Source: Candidatus Actinomarina sp. | Lineage (GTDB): Bacteria > Actinomycetota > Acidimicrobiia > Actinomarinales > Actinomarinaceae | Length of the DNA stretch: 64,000 bases | NCBI GenBank assembly: GCA_045563135.1 | Contig: JBJKUL010000001.1 | Location: 485,351 to 549,350 of the forward strand | Direction of reading: 5' to 3' | Part shown: positions 30,196-38,689 of the stretch, one piece after another | How positions within the stretch are numbered: position 1 is the first letter of the stretch | How the letters are laid out: each line of letters begins with the position of its first letter | Notes under the pieces: model-generated | Told to the model about the DNA's origin: nothing | The model's database searches: none | The model's input: only the letters and a program-made list of their open reading frames with translations | Position numbers and translations under genes: made by a program

Positions 30196-30395
30196 GTTCA
30201 CAAAAATAAGAAAAAGCAAAGGATTTAAAACATTCATCTATTTCTCTATTTTTAGAGCTGTACATGGTTTTCTTGTCCTAATATTTATTTATTATTTTGG
30301 CTACAAAGCAAATGCGGGAGCAGCAACTTATGCAGTCTATCTTTTAATCTCTGCAGTTTTATCTAGATTAATTTTCAAAAAAATAAAAAAACGAT
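30161..30395 (+). other. Start-less ~78-codon open frame encoding a 2-TM hydrophobic segment, possible frameshifted C-terminal extension of the DCC gene
   Basis: No stop from 30161 to 30395 in frame 2 and no ATG/GTG/TTG; joined to the DCC frame by a one-nucleotide shift inside T7 tract 30181-30187. Confidence 0.3.
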
Positions 30396-30878
30396 TTAAT
30401 CTCTAAAATTTCCAAATGTTAAATGAATCTCAAAGTTTTCCTCTTTTATTGCATTCATTATCATTTGTAAAGAATCTTTCTTTTTAGAAGTTACCCTCAC
30501 TGATCTGTCTTGAATAGATGCTTGTACTTTCTTGTCTAATTCTTTTATATATTTAACAATTTCTTTGGCTTTAGGTGTTTCTATCCCCGATTTAAGAGTA
30601 TAAGATCTTTTAACTTCTGAGGGTGTTTCTTCATCTGAGTAGTCGGCTAAAAACTTTATTGAAATGTTTCGTTTTGCAAATTTCTCTCTTAAAACTTGGT
30701 CTGCTGCTAAAAGCCTATCTTTGGTCGAGCTATTAATATTTATTGTTGTATCAGTATTGCTGACAATCGTATGTGTATTTTTAAAATCATATCTGTTAAC
30801 AATTTCCCTTTTGCACTGATCAACTGCATTGGTAACCTCTTGTTTGTTAAATTCTGATGTTATGTCAAAACTTGGCAT
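30396..30878 (-). CDS. yajQ: YajQ family (UPF0234) nucleotide/cyclic-di-GMP-binding protein
   Basis: N-terminus MPSFDITSEFNKQEVTNAVDQCKREIVNRYDFKN is collinear with the YajQ consensus. Confidence 0.85.
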   Translation of the reverse strand: MPSFDITSEFNKQEVTNAVDQCKREIVNRYDFKNTHTIVSNTDTTININSSTKDRLLAADQVLREKFAKRNISIKFLADYSDEETPSEVKRSYTLKSGIETPKAKEIVKYIKELDKKVQASIQDRSVRVTSKKKDSLQMIMNAIKEENFEIHLTFGNFRD

Positions 30879-30880
30879 TT

Positions 30881-31069
30881 CTAACCCCCATATTTATCTT
30901 TTATGTACTTCAATTCAGTTTCTATTTTATTAATACTCTTTTTTAAATCCTGAAGCTGTTCTACCTTATCGTAGTTTTCAAAAGATTTAATTTTCATTTC
31001 TAATATTCTGTATCGGATAAGGAGAAAAATAATTATTATTAATAGTCCCACCCAAAATATATTCTCCAT
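30881..31069 (-). CDS. Small membrane-anchored coiled-coil protein (62 aa)
   Basis: N-terminal TM then charged helix; sits 3 nt from crcB and 2 nt from yajQ in one minus-strand operon. Confidence 0.35.
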   Translation of the reverse strand: MENIFWVGLLIIIIFLLIRYRILEMKIKSFENYDKVEQLQDLKKSINKIETELKYIKDKYGG

Positions 31070-31072
31070 AAG

Positions 31073-31438
31073 TTAAGTTCCCATCTTAGTGCCTATGTAT
31101 ATTCCCAACAACCCAGCAAAGATTGAAAGAAATATTGTACCAAAGAAGTACAAAAGAGTTGTAAGTTGAGATTGAGCATTAAGTTCAATTAAATCGAATG
31201 TAAATTGTGAGTATGTTGTAAAGCCTCCCAATACACCAGTAAGTAAAAAAATACTTAATATTGTGTTTTGGGCAATATAGACATAAATTATTCCAAAAAT
31301 AAATGATCCTAGAATGTTTACAAGGAAAGTAGAGATTTGAGGAATTTGCATTAAAGAAAAAGAATAGTTAACAATATATCTTAAAACAGTGCCAACCCCT
31401 CCTCCAAGGAATACAAGAACAAGCTTATTAACCATCAA
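31073..31438 (-). CDS. crcB: Fluoride ion channel CrcB/Fluc
   Basis: Four TM; GGGVGTVLRY and GFTTYSQFTFD motifs. Confidence 0.85.
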   Translation of the reverse strand: MMVNKLVLVFLGGGVGTVLRYIVNYSFSLMQIPQISTFLVNILGSFIFGIIYVYIAQNTILSIFLLTGVLGGFTTYSQFTFDLIELNAQSQLTTLLYFFGTIFLSIFAGLLGIYIGTKMGT

Positions 31439-31871
31439 TTTGCCTCAAGTACTCGTAGCCAACTATAGCAACAGAGTTAGCAAGGTTGATACTTCTTGAG
31501 CTATCATCCATTGGAATTGTTAGGAGATTCTCTGTGTTTTTAATTATGTCGTCTGGCAAGCCAACTGATTCAGGACCAAAAACTAGATAGTCAAAATTAG
31601 CAAGAGAAGTATCCCAATAGTTAATTGCTCCTTTTGATGATAAGTAACCAATATTTTCATTTGCATGTTCTAATTTAAAATCATTCCAACTTTCGTATAT
31701 ACTAACGGATGCTAAATCATGGTAATCTAACCCTGCTCTTCTTATTTTGTTTTCCTGAAATGCAAAACCAAATGGTTTAATTATGTTTAAGGGGATTCCA
31801 GTATTAGCAGAAAGTCTAATACAGGCCCCAACATTACCTGCTATCTCTGGTTGATAAAGTACAATTTCCAC
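31428..31871 (-). CDS. trmL: tRNA (cytidine/uridine-2'-O)-methyltransferase, SpoU/TrmL family
   Basis: YQPEIAGNVGACIRLSANTG and SLNLANSVAIVGYE SPOUT motifs; overlaps crcB by 11 nt. Confidence 0.8.
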   Translation of the reverse strand: MEIVLYQPEIAGNVGACIRLSANTGIPLNIIKPFGFAFQENKIRRAGLDYHDLASVSIYESWNDFKLEHANENIGYLSSKGAINYWDTSLANFDYLVFGPESVGLPDDIIKNTENLLTIPMDDSSRSINLANSVAIVGYEYLRQIDG

Positions 31872-31922
31872 AATGTAATTATATTGCTATTCAAGAACCA
31901 TTTACTATGTAAAATATTTAGT

Positions 31923-33476
31923 ATGAAACAATTTATTAATTTATTCTTCCCATCAGTTGGTAGTTTTAAAAACTCTTTTAATGAAGTGGCTAAAACTTCC
32001 AATTCAAGGATAAGGTTTATTGATTTTTTGAAAGTTGCAGGATTATTATTAGTAGTCTTTAATACCTATTTTTTTTTGAACTTCTATAAATCATCAGGCG
32101 AGTTTATTATTTACAATCGAGTTGTTTTAGACAATACACTCACACCTGTTACATGGATAACTGTTGGTATGTCTTTATTTATTTTTTCAACTGGTTTTAC
32201 TAATAAAATTGCTTGGTATTCGAATGTTGGCAGGGATGGAAGTCAGTGGAAATTCTTGACTGATAGAGTTGATAGCTTAATGGGCTCTGTTTTAGTCTGG
32301 ATATTTTTTATTACTCTAACTTTAAATATTTCCTCGAAGCTAATATTTTTTCCTCTTTATATAACGAATCAAGAGGATGGGATGCTTACTGTCACTGAAT
32401 TTATCATGTGGCCATTATGGCTAGTTTCTATTTATCTTGTAGTTGTCTTATTTTGCCCTCTAACGATTTATCTTCATAAAAAGAATCCATACTTAACCAT
32501 GTCTTTTTTAATATTCACTCTCGTGTTGATTGATAATATTGATTTTTCAATTTCATTGTCTTATATAAAACTATTAAATTATTTAATATTTTGGCTGGCT
32601 ATACATCAGTTAGGATATTTTTACGCAGATGGAAAAATCTTTACGTATAAGAAATCATTTTTTGCAGTAGCAACTCTTCTTTCTTATAGTTATCTGTTGT
32701 ATTTGCATATATCTACTGAGCAATATTTATCAGTCTCCAATTATCGTTTACTATCTTTTTCTAATGAAGACCCCCCAACAACAATCTATTTAGTCGCTTC
32801 TTTAGGCATGATTTCATTCTTTCTAATATTTCGTGATCAAATAGAATCTTTTATGAAACTACCTTTTGTTTGGCACTCCTTCTCAGTAGTGCATGCAAAT
32901 ATATATACAATATTCCTTTGGCACGTGGCAATTTTCTTTTTTGGCAACTATTTTTCAATTCCAATAAGTGCATATTTATTATTTATTTCTATTTCAATAT
33001 TTATTTTCGGTAATTATGAAAGACAAACTTTCAGGTTGTCGAGGTCCTTAATAAAGAGAGTAAACCCCTTACAGCCGTGGCCAACACCTATTAAAGCGCG
33101 TTTGTCATATAGTAATTTCTTACTAGCTTGGATATCATCATTATTAGTAATTCTTGGAATATTTCAAATTACACTTGGGGGAGTGGGCCTCTCTGGTTTT
33201 TTCTCATTAAGACAGTTGTATATATTTTCCGGTAATACATTTGAAGCATTTATTCGAATCATTATTGGATTACTGCTTCTTAATGTAACAATCAGAAGAG
33301 TAGATCTAAAAAATCAGTTATTGTCAATTGCAATTGCTTCACAACTTCTAACTATTTTTATCAGGTTTCAACTATACGGTTCTATTACTTCTCTAGAGCT
33401 TTATTTGGCTGTTTTTTTAGTTTGTTTTTATTTAGTACTCATTTTTAATAATCGTAACTATAAATCATTAGTGTGA
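31923..33476 (+). CDS. Large polytopic membrane protein, possibly acyltransferase-3 (OafA-like) family
   Basis: RIRFIDFLKVAGLLLVVFN resembles the AT3 N-terminal RxxFxDxLRxxAxLLVV motif; at least 10 TM; start at the ATG that avoids overlapping trmL. Confidence 0.45.
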   Translation: MKQFINLFFPSVGSFKNSFNEVAKTSNSRIRFIDFLKVAGLLLVVFNTYFFLNFYKSSGEFIIYNRVVLDNTLTPVTWITVGMSLFIFSTGFTNKIAWYSNVGRDGSQWKFLTDRVDSLMGSVLVWIFFITLTLNISSKLIFFPLYITNQEDGMLTVTEFIMWPLWLVSIYLVVVLFCPLTIYLHKKNPYLTMSFLIFTLVLIDNIDFSISLSYIKLLNYLIFWLAIHQLGYFYADGKIFTYKKSFFAVATLLSYSYLLYLHISTEQYLSVSNYRLLSFSNEDPPTTIYLVASLGMISFFLIFRDQIESFMKLPFVWHSFSVVHANIYTIFLWHVAIFFFGNYFSIPISAYLLFISISIFIFGNYERQTFRLSRSLIKRVNPLQPWPTPIKARLSYSNFLLAWISSLLVILGIFQITLGGVGLSGFFSLRQLYIFSGNTFEAFIRIIIGLLLLNVTIRRVDLKNQLLSIAIASQLLTIFIRFQLYGSITSLELYLAVFLVCFYLVLIFNNRNYKSLV

Positions 33477-33486
33477 GTCATAATAT

Positions 33487-34518
33487 ATGAATATGAATAA
33501 AGGTGAATCAAGACAAGAGTTATTAAATAGAGCATTTTTTTACGTCCTTTTTATAGGAGTTTCTATAACCATTTTTTTAAGAGTTAAACCTTTAATTTTT
33601 GACCTTTTCGTAGCAGTTGTTTTAGCAGCTTTGGCAGAACCTGTTGTTTATCGACTATCCAAGAAATTTGGAAGGAAGATTTCTGCCCTTATTGCTGTTG
33701 CTGTAATATTGCTTGTAATATTTGGAATATTGTTTTCATTAGTTCCGATAATGGTTCAAGAAATCTATTTCTTATCAACACAGCTTCCTACTTATTTAGA
33801 TAATATTCTTGAATATTTTAACAGCGAGGGATTCACAATATCTAATCAGTCTCTTGATCTGGAATCTCAATTTAGTTCATTTATAAAATCATACGGGGAA
33901 ACTGTTGGGGAGACAGTAGTGTTTGCCGGTCAAGGGGTTCTTAGTGCTCTTGGACATTTTTTCATCATTTTCTTCTTTTCATTTTATTTAATAAGTGAAG
34001 GAGAGCATTGGAGAGAGAGTCTCAAGACCTCTATTTCTGGTAGGTACTCCAACTTAATTGATCAGGTATGGACTATCGGAGTTTCTAAAGCTGGTGGTTT
34101 TATTGTTGCGCGTGTCATACTAGGAATCCTTGCTAGTACTGTTTTTACAATTGCTTTTCTAATTATAGGACTTCCATCACCCGTAGCTTTAGGCATAGCA
34201 GCTGGAGTACTCTCACAACTTATTCCGGTTATCGGTACTTTTCTAGGAGGCGTTGTTCCAGTTTTAGCTTCTGTTTCATTAGGAGCAAATTATGTCCTGT
34301 ACACATTGTTAGTGCTTTCAATCTATCAATTATTAGAAAATTACTTTATAAGCCCAAAGGTTACACAATCAACAATGGAAATTCATCCAGCAGTTGCCGT
34401 CTTCTCAACAATCTTTGGTGCCTACACAGTCGGTGCAGTAGGTGCGATTTTAGCCTTACCTGTTGCAGCTACTATCCAAGGTGTAGTTGGTACAATACTA
34501 GAAAATAACAAAAAATGA
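33487..34518 (+). CDS. AI-2E family transporter (PerM/YdiK/TqsA-like, UPF0118)
   Basis: 8-TM topology with conserved glycine-rich C-terminal TM cluster. Confidence 0.75.
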   Translation: MNMNKGESRQELLNRAFFYVLFIGVSITIFLRVKPLIFDLFVAVVLAALAEPVVYRLSKKFGRKISALIAVAVILLVIFGILFSLVPIMVQEIYFLSTQLPTYLDNILEYFNSEGFTISNQSLDLESQFSSFIKSYGETVGETVVFAGQGVLSALGHFFIIFFFSFYLISEGEHWRESLKTSISGRYSNLIDQVWTIGVSKAGGFIVARVILGILASTVFTIAFLIIGLPSPVALGIAAGVLSQLIPVIGTFLGGVVPVLASVSLGANYVLYTLLVLSIYQLLENYFISPKVTQSTMEIHPAVAVFSTIFGAYTVGAVGAILALPVAATIQGVVGTILENNKK

Positions 34519-34808
34519 GTGGACTATTTGATATCCCAATAAATGCAGTTAAATCAGCTGACAAACTTTTACAGCACCTTAAAGAAGAAACAGTAGATGA
34601 AGTTGAGGATTCTATTAAATCACTAAAAAGAAACTTCAAAGCAGGAAACTATTTAGCTATAGCAACCTTATTTATAATTATTGGTATAGCTTCAATACTC
34701 AGCCAATTTTTTGTGGGAAATTTTTTCCTACAAGCTATGACTTATTTTTCAATGGCTTTATTGTGTCTATTATCATTCGGTCTAATCATATGGAGAATAA
34801 TGAAATGA
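34515..34808 (+). CDS. Small membrane protein (97 aa, 2 TM), ATGA-coupled to the AI-2E transporter gene
   Basis: Start overlaps upstream stop; hydrophobic C-terminal half. Confidence 0.4.
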   Translation: MSGLFDIPINAVKSADKLLQHLKEETVDEVEDSIKSLKRNFKAGNYLAIATLFIIIGIASILSQFFVGNFFLQAMTYFSMALLCLLSFGLIIWRIMK

Positions 34809-34960
34809 CAGATTATAAAGAAACTTACGAAGAACTTAAAAAGAATATAAATGAAGACAATTCGAAAATTATTGCTTTTCTAATTCTAGGAGTTCTTGCA
34901 GGGAGAGTGTATGAAAAACTTCAAAGAGTTAAAAAAAATGTCTTTAAGGGTCGTTCGTGA
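34790..34960 (+). CDS. Small membrane protein (~52-56 aa, 1 TM)
   Basis: ATG overlaps the preceding stop; contains IIAFLILGVLAG. Confidence 0.3.
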   Translation: MENNEMTDYKETYEELKKNINEDNSKIIAFLILGVLAGRVYEKLQRVKKNVFKGRS

Positions 34961-35046
34961 ATAGATCTCTTCAAAAAGTAGTTGCTATTGTTTTAGCTGC
35001 AGGTGTTGTTTTTTCAACCATAGCTTATTTTTTGCTCCTAATATAA
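34957..35046 (+). CDS. Candidate 29-aa membrane micropeptide (GTG start in GTGA overlap)
   Basis: VNRSLQKVVAIVLAAGVVFSTIAYFLLLI; third member of a coupled chain ending 4 nt before trmI. Confidence 0.2.
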   Translation: MNRSLQKVVAIVLAAGVVFSTIAYFLLLI

Positions 35047-35050
35047 ATAC

Positions 35051-35824
35051 GTGGAATTTGAAAATAAACTCGTTGTAATTGAGTCTCCATCAAAGAAGTA
35101 TCTTAGTGTTATTACAACAGGCCAAGAATTTGTTACGAATGAAGGCAAAATTGAATTTAATAAGATAACGAGTTTACCAATACGTTTAGAATCTTCAATA
35201 GGAACAACGTTCCTTATATATGTACCTTCATACAAAGAGTTCATTCTTTTAATGAAAAGAGGTCCTCAAATTATTTATCCGAAAGATGTTGGTTCGATTG
35301 TTGTTTCTGCAAACTTAAATTCCCATAGTAAAGTTTTAGAGATTGGTACGGGCTCAGGTGCATTAACGTTATTTATTTCCTCGCTTCTGGGACCAAATTC
35401 AGAGTTTTATTCTGTAGATGTTAATAAAAAAAACCAATATAGAGCAAAAAAGACAATATCAAGATATATATCAAATTATTCAGAAGAAATGACTAAAAAA
35501 GTAAATTTTATTAATGAAGACATATCAACTTTTTCATTAGAGAGCATATCTGTTAGTTTTGACTCCATCATCACAGATGTGCCTGAACCATGGCATTTTT
35601 TCAGTAATAATAAAATTAAACATAATTTATTTTGGGTATCTTACCTACCATCAATTTCTCAAGTATCAAAATTAACAAATATCTTAGAAGAAAATAATTT
35701 TCAGCATATAGAAATAAAAGAAGTTCTTGAAAGAGAGTGGACTGTAAGGGGAAACATTTCGAGACCTAAGCACTCAATGGTTGGTCATACTGGGTTTATT
35801 GTTAGTGGGAGATATATTTTATGA
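35051..35824 (+). CDS. trmI: tRNA (adenine58-N1)-methyltransferase TrmI (Gcd14 family)
   Basis: SAM motif VLEIGTGSGALTLFIS and beta-barrel N-domain; ortholog position of mycobacterial Rv2118c. Confidence 0.8.
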   Translation: MEFENKLVVIESPSKKYLSVITTGQEFVTNEGKIEFNKITSLPIRLESSIGTTFLIYVPSYKEFILLMKRGPQIIYPKDVGSIVVSANLNSHSKVLEIGTGSGALTLFISSLLGPNSEFYSVDVNKKNQYRAKKTISRYISNYSEEMTKKVNFINEDISTFSLESISVSFDSIITDVPEPWHFFSNNKIKHNLFWVSYLPSISQVSKLTNILEENNFQHIEIKEVLEREWTVRGNISRPKHSMVGHTGFIVSGRYIL

Positions 35825-35825
35825 C

Positions 35826-36071
35826 TTATGGTTCAATCATGATGCATTCGCCAGGACATTCTTCAGCTGACTCTACTACTGCATCTTCTTGACCTTTTGG
35901 CACAACGGCTAATCCCTCAGCTCCACCAACATTGCCATTTTCTTCAGAAAAGATTTTATCACCTTCTTTTACATAAAAAAGGCCATCATCTAATCCAACA
36001 AAAACATCAGGTGCAATCTCTTCACAAAGACCATCACCAGTACATAAATCTTGATCAATCCATACTTTCAT
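35826..36071 (-). CDS. Ferredoxin (actinobacterial small Fe-S ferredoxin)
   Basis: MKVWIDQDLCTGDGLCEEIAPDVF ... ECPGEC, i.e. CxxxGxC...PDVF...CP pattern. Confidence 0.75.
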   Translation of the reverse strand: MKVWIDQDLCTGDGLCEEIAPDVFVGLDDGLFYVKEGDKIFSEENGNVGGAEGLAVVPKGQEDAVVESAEECPGECIMIEP

Positions 36072-36165
36072 ATTTAATATTTTACCTTGTTACAGATTTA
36101 CACAAATCTTCGAATATAAATATTATATCTTATTTTTTGTAAGATACATATGTAGCAACTATTTT

Positions 36166-37005
36166 ATGAAAAATGTATTTAAAAGATGTGTAAAAGTCAT
36201 TACACTTTTCGACACAATTCAAGAAACCAATATCGACAGTGCATTCATTAAAGACAATATTCCTGAATACAGAAATCTTAGTGATGGTGCATTCAAAAGA
36301 TCATTTGAAAGAGACAAAGCACTCCTTAAAGAGGTAGGTTTTAATTTAGAGTACGAGAATGATAAATGGAGTTTAAAAGATGGTTACAAACTAGAAGGTA
36401 CGAGCATCGTTGCCGAGATAAAACAACATAGCAACATAGATTTTGAAAAATTTAATAATACATATTCCATTATTAAAAAATACTTATCTCCTCATTTCGA
36501 ACTTGAACAAAATCTAAAAATAATTCCAAAACTTAGTATCGCTTCAAAGGAAAAAAGAAGAGTTTCTTTTACTTACAATAAGAAACTTAGGAAGGTATAT
36601 CCTCTTGGTCTCAGGTACCACAATGGAATATGGTATCTAGGCGCAGAGGATCAAAAAGTTGTTAAAACTTTTAAAATTTCAGACATCAATGAACTAAAAA
36701 TAGGAACTAAGGGAGACCTTCATAACAAAAAATATAAAGAGTTTACATTTACTTGGGAAGCTAACAGTAAAGAGCTTTCTTTAGAAATCAGTGTTAATAA
36801 TGATTTACACAACATATATAAGAATATATTAATTTTTCAAGAATCGAATTCTATTCACGATAATGAATTTAAGAAATTTAACATGAAGACTAAAGATCAC
36901 CATGGATTAATAAAGTATTTGCTATTGGTTAAACCCGAGCTTTTGAAGATTTCAAAGCAAGATAAAGAAATTTTATTAGGAGTTGTTGATGGATTCAAAA
37001 GTTAA
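36166..37005 (+). CDS. pafB: HTH-WYL domain transcriptional regulator, PafB homolog
   Basis: N-terminal HTH with KRSFERDKALLKEVGFNLEY (cf. mycobacterial PafB SRMFERDKNELRDLGIPL); WYL motif RKVYPLGLRYHNGIWYLGAEDQ...KTFKISDI. Confidence 0.65.
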   Translation: MKNVFKRCVKVITLFDTIQETNIDSAFIKDNIPEYRNLSDGAFKRSFERDKALLKEVGFNLEYENDKWSLKDGYKLEGTSIVAEIKQHSNIDFEKFNNTYSIIKKYLSPHFELEQNLKIIPKLSIASKEKRRVSFTYNKKLRKVYPLGLRYHNGIWYLGAEDQKVVKTFKISDINELKIGTKGDLHNKKYKEFTFTWEANSKELSLEISVNNDLHNIYKNILIFQESNSIHDNEFKKFNMKTKDHHGLIKYLLLVKPELLKISKQDKEILLGVVDGFKS

Positions 37006-37807
37006 TTTAAGCACGATTATTCATATCCTGTCTTTAATTAGGAAAAGTAAAACATATGATATTGATAAACTACTTTTTAGACTCAATCTAGATATTGATA
37101 AGTTGATTTATTCACTAACAGTATTATCTGAGATCTATTCAACAGACGGAGAAAACTTTCTTGACTTCAGTATTAATAGTGAAGATAACAGTATTTCATT
37201 CGAATACAATGAATCTTTGTTAAAGATGGAAACGATTACTGACTTAGATTTATTTAAAATGTATACGCTACTTTCTAATCCAAAAATAAATATTAAAAAT
37301 TTATTTGATGACAATACAGAAATTAATCATTTTCTTGAGATTTTAAATATTTATTTTGAGTCTCAGTATTCGACTCAGGAAGATAATTCAAACCTAGTTA
37401 CATTATTTAACTCTGATGAACTTTACATTGAGTACATTAAACTTGGAAGCACTCAAGCAAGTACATACAGAATTAAGCCACTTTCATTAAGTACTGGAAT
37501 TGATGGTGAACTACTCGAAGCTTTTGACTATGTTGATGAGAAAATTAAAACTTTCATATTAGAGAGAATTGTCAATTTGCCAGATGAAAATGCCTCAAAG
37601 AAAACACATTCAACTACAGATAAGAGTACGGAGATTACTTTTTTAGACCGTTCTGGGAATAAGTCGATAAAAAAATTTAGATCTCAACAAATAGCTGTAG
37701 AGTATTTCCTTAAGAATATTGATAACCAAAAAATTATTACCCCAAACTCAGTTAAAGTTGAGGTAGAAAAGAGAATAGATAAATTGATTAGTGAGTTAAA
37801 AATATGA
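36983..37807 (+). CDS. pafC: WYL-domain regulator, PafC homolog
   Basis: WYL-type motif YRIKPLSL...GELLEAFDYVDEKIKTFILERI; overlaps pafB by 23 nt. Confidence 0.6.
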   Translation: MLMDSKVNLSTIIHILSLIRKSKTYDIDKLLFRLNLDIDKLIYSLTVLSEIYSTDGENFLDFSINSEDNSISFEYNESLLKMETITDLDLFKMYTLLSNPKINIKNLFDDNTEINHFLEILNIYFESQYSTQEDNSNLVTLFNSDELYIEYIKLGSTQASTYRIKPLSLSTGIDGELLEAFDYVDEKIKTFILERIVNLPDENASKKTHSTTDKSTEITFLDRSGNKSIKKFRSQQIAVEYFLKNIDNQKIITPNSVKVEVEKRIDKLISELKI

Positions 37808-37983
37808 GCTTGGTGGAATTTTTGGTTATCGTTTTCATTTCTCTAGGAGTTTTCGATAAATCTAAAATTTTGTCATATTATCAAAAACTAATAAAACTTC
37901 AAAAAGGGCAAGAACGTCTGACAGTTGGTGATTCTAGTATTGAGGAAAGCTGGATCTGGATTGAACAAGGCGAAGAGGAATAG
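37804..37983 (+). CDS. tatA: Sec-independent translocase TatA (59 aa; below the ORF-track cutoff)
   Basis: MSLVEFLVIVFISLGVFDKSKIL: single N-terminal TM followed by an amphipathic/acidic tail; ATG overlaps the pafC stop (ATGA); lies directly upstream of tatC as in Actinobacteria. Confidence 0.5.
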   Translation: MSLVEFLVIVFISLGVFDKSKILSYYQKLIKLQKGQERLTVGDSSIEESWIWIEQGEEE

Positions 37984-37987
37984 AGAA

Positions 37988-38689
37988 ATGAAGAAACCAT
38001 TTATGGACCACCTTAAAGAATTAAATTCAAGATTTATTTTCTCAGCAATTCTTGTAGCTATTGTCTCAGTAATTGTTTATGTTCAGTATTCATATTTTGT
38101 TAATCTACTTCTGAATCCTCTTATACTCGCCGGATATGATCAGTCTAATATTTTCGCTTTAACCATATACGAGGGTTTTCAGGTAAAATTGCAAAATACT
38201 TTTTGGATATCCGTTATTATCACCTTTCCTATAGTTCTCTTAATAATCGGTCTTTTTATAAAACCTGCATTAGAAGTTAGTAATGTGGTTTTTTCTTTTT
38301 ATTTTCTCTTTTTTACAGCTTTTTTCTATTTGGGAATTTTTTCATCATTAAGCATTGCTCATATCGGTATAGAGTTTTTATTATCATTTAATGAGAATGA
38401 GGTAATTTTACGTTCTCAAAATTATTTTCAGTTTATTACAAGAGTTTCTTTGTTGTTCGGTATTTCTTTTCAATTACCTCTAATAATTCTTTTCTTACTT
38501 AATAAAGGCATTATTAATGTACACAACCTTACAAATAAAAGACCCGAAATGTTTGTTGTAATACTTATATTTGCCGCAGTTATTACTCCAACCGGTGATC
38601 CTGTTACTTTATTTATATTCACAATTCCTATGTACTTATTAATTGAAATAATGATTCTTCTACACAAAAAAAGTAAACGTGGAATTTAA
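37988..38689 (+). CDS. tatC: Sec-independent translocase TatC
   Basis: MKKPFMDHLKELNSRF N-terminus and six TM helices. Confidence 0.85.
   Translation: MKKPFMDHLKELNSRFIFSAILVAIVSVIVYVQYSYFVNLLLNPLILAGYDQSNIFALTIYEGFQVKLQNTFWISVIITFPIVLLIIGLFIKPALEVSNVVFSFYFLFFTAFFYLGIFSSLSIAHIGIEFLLSFNENEVILRSQNYFQFITRVSLLFGISFQLPLIILFLLNKGIINVHNLTNKRPEMFVVILIFAAVITPTGDPVTLFIFTIPMYLLIEIMILLHKKSKRGI

Noticed and set aside
31851-31922. Longer start of the large membrane protein overlapping the trmL start on the opposite strand
   Set aside because: It would create a 20-nt divergent start-start overlap; the internal ATG at 31923 yields an N-terminus matching the acyltransferase-3 pattern.
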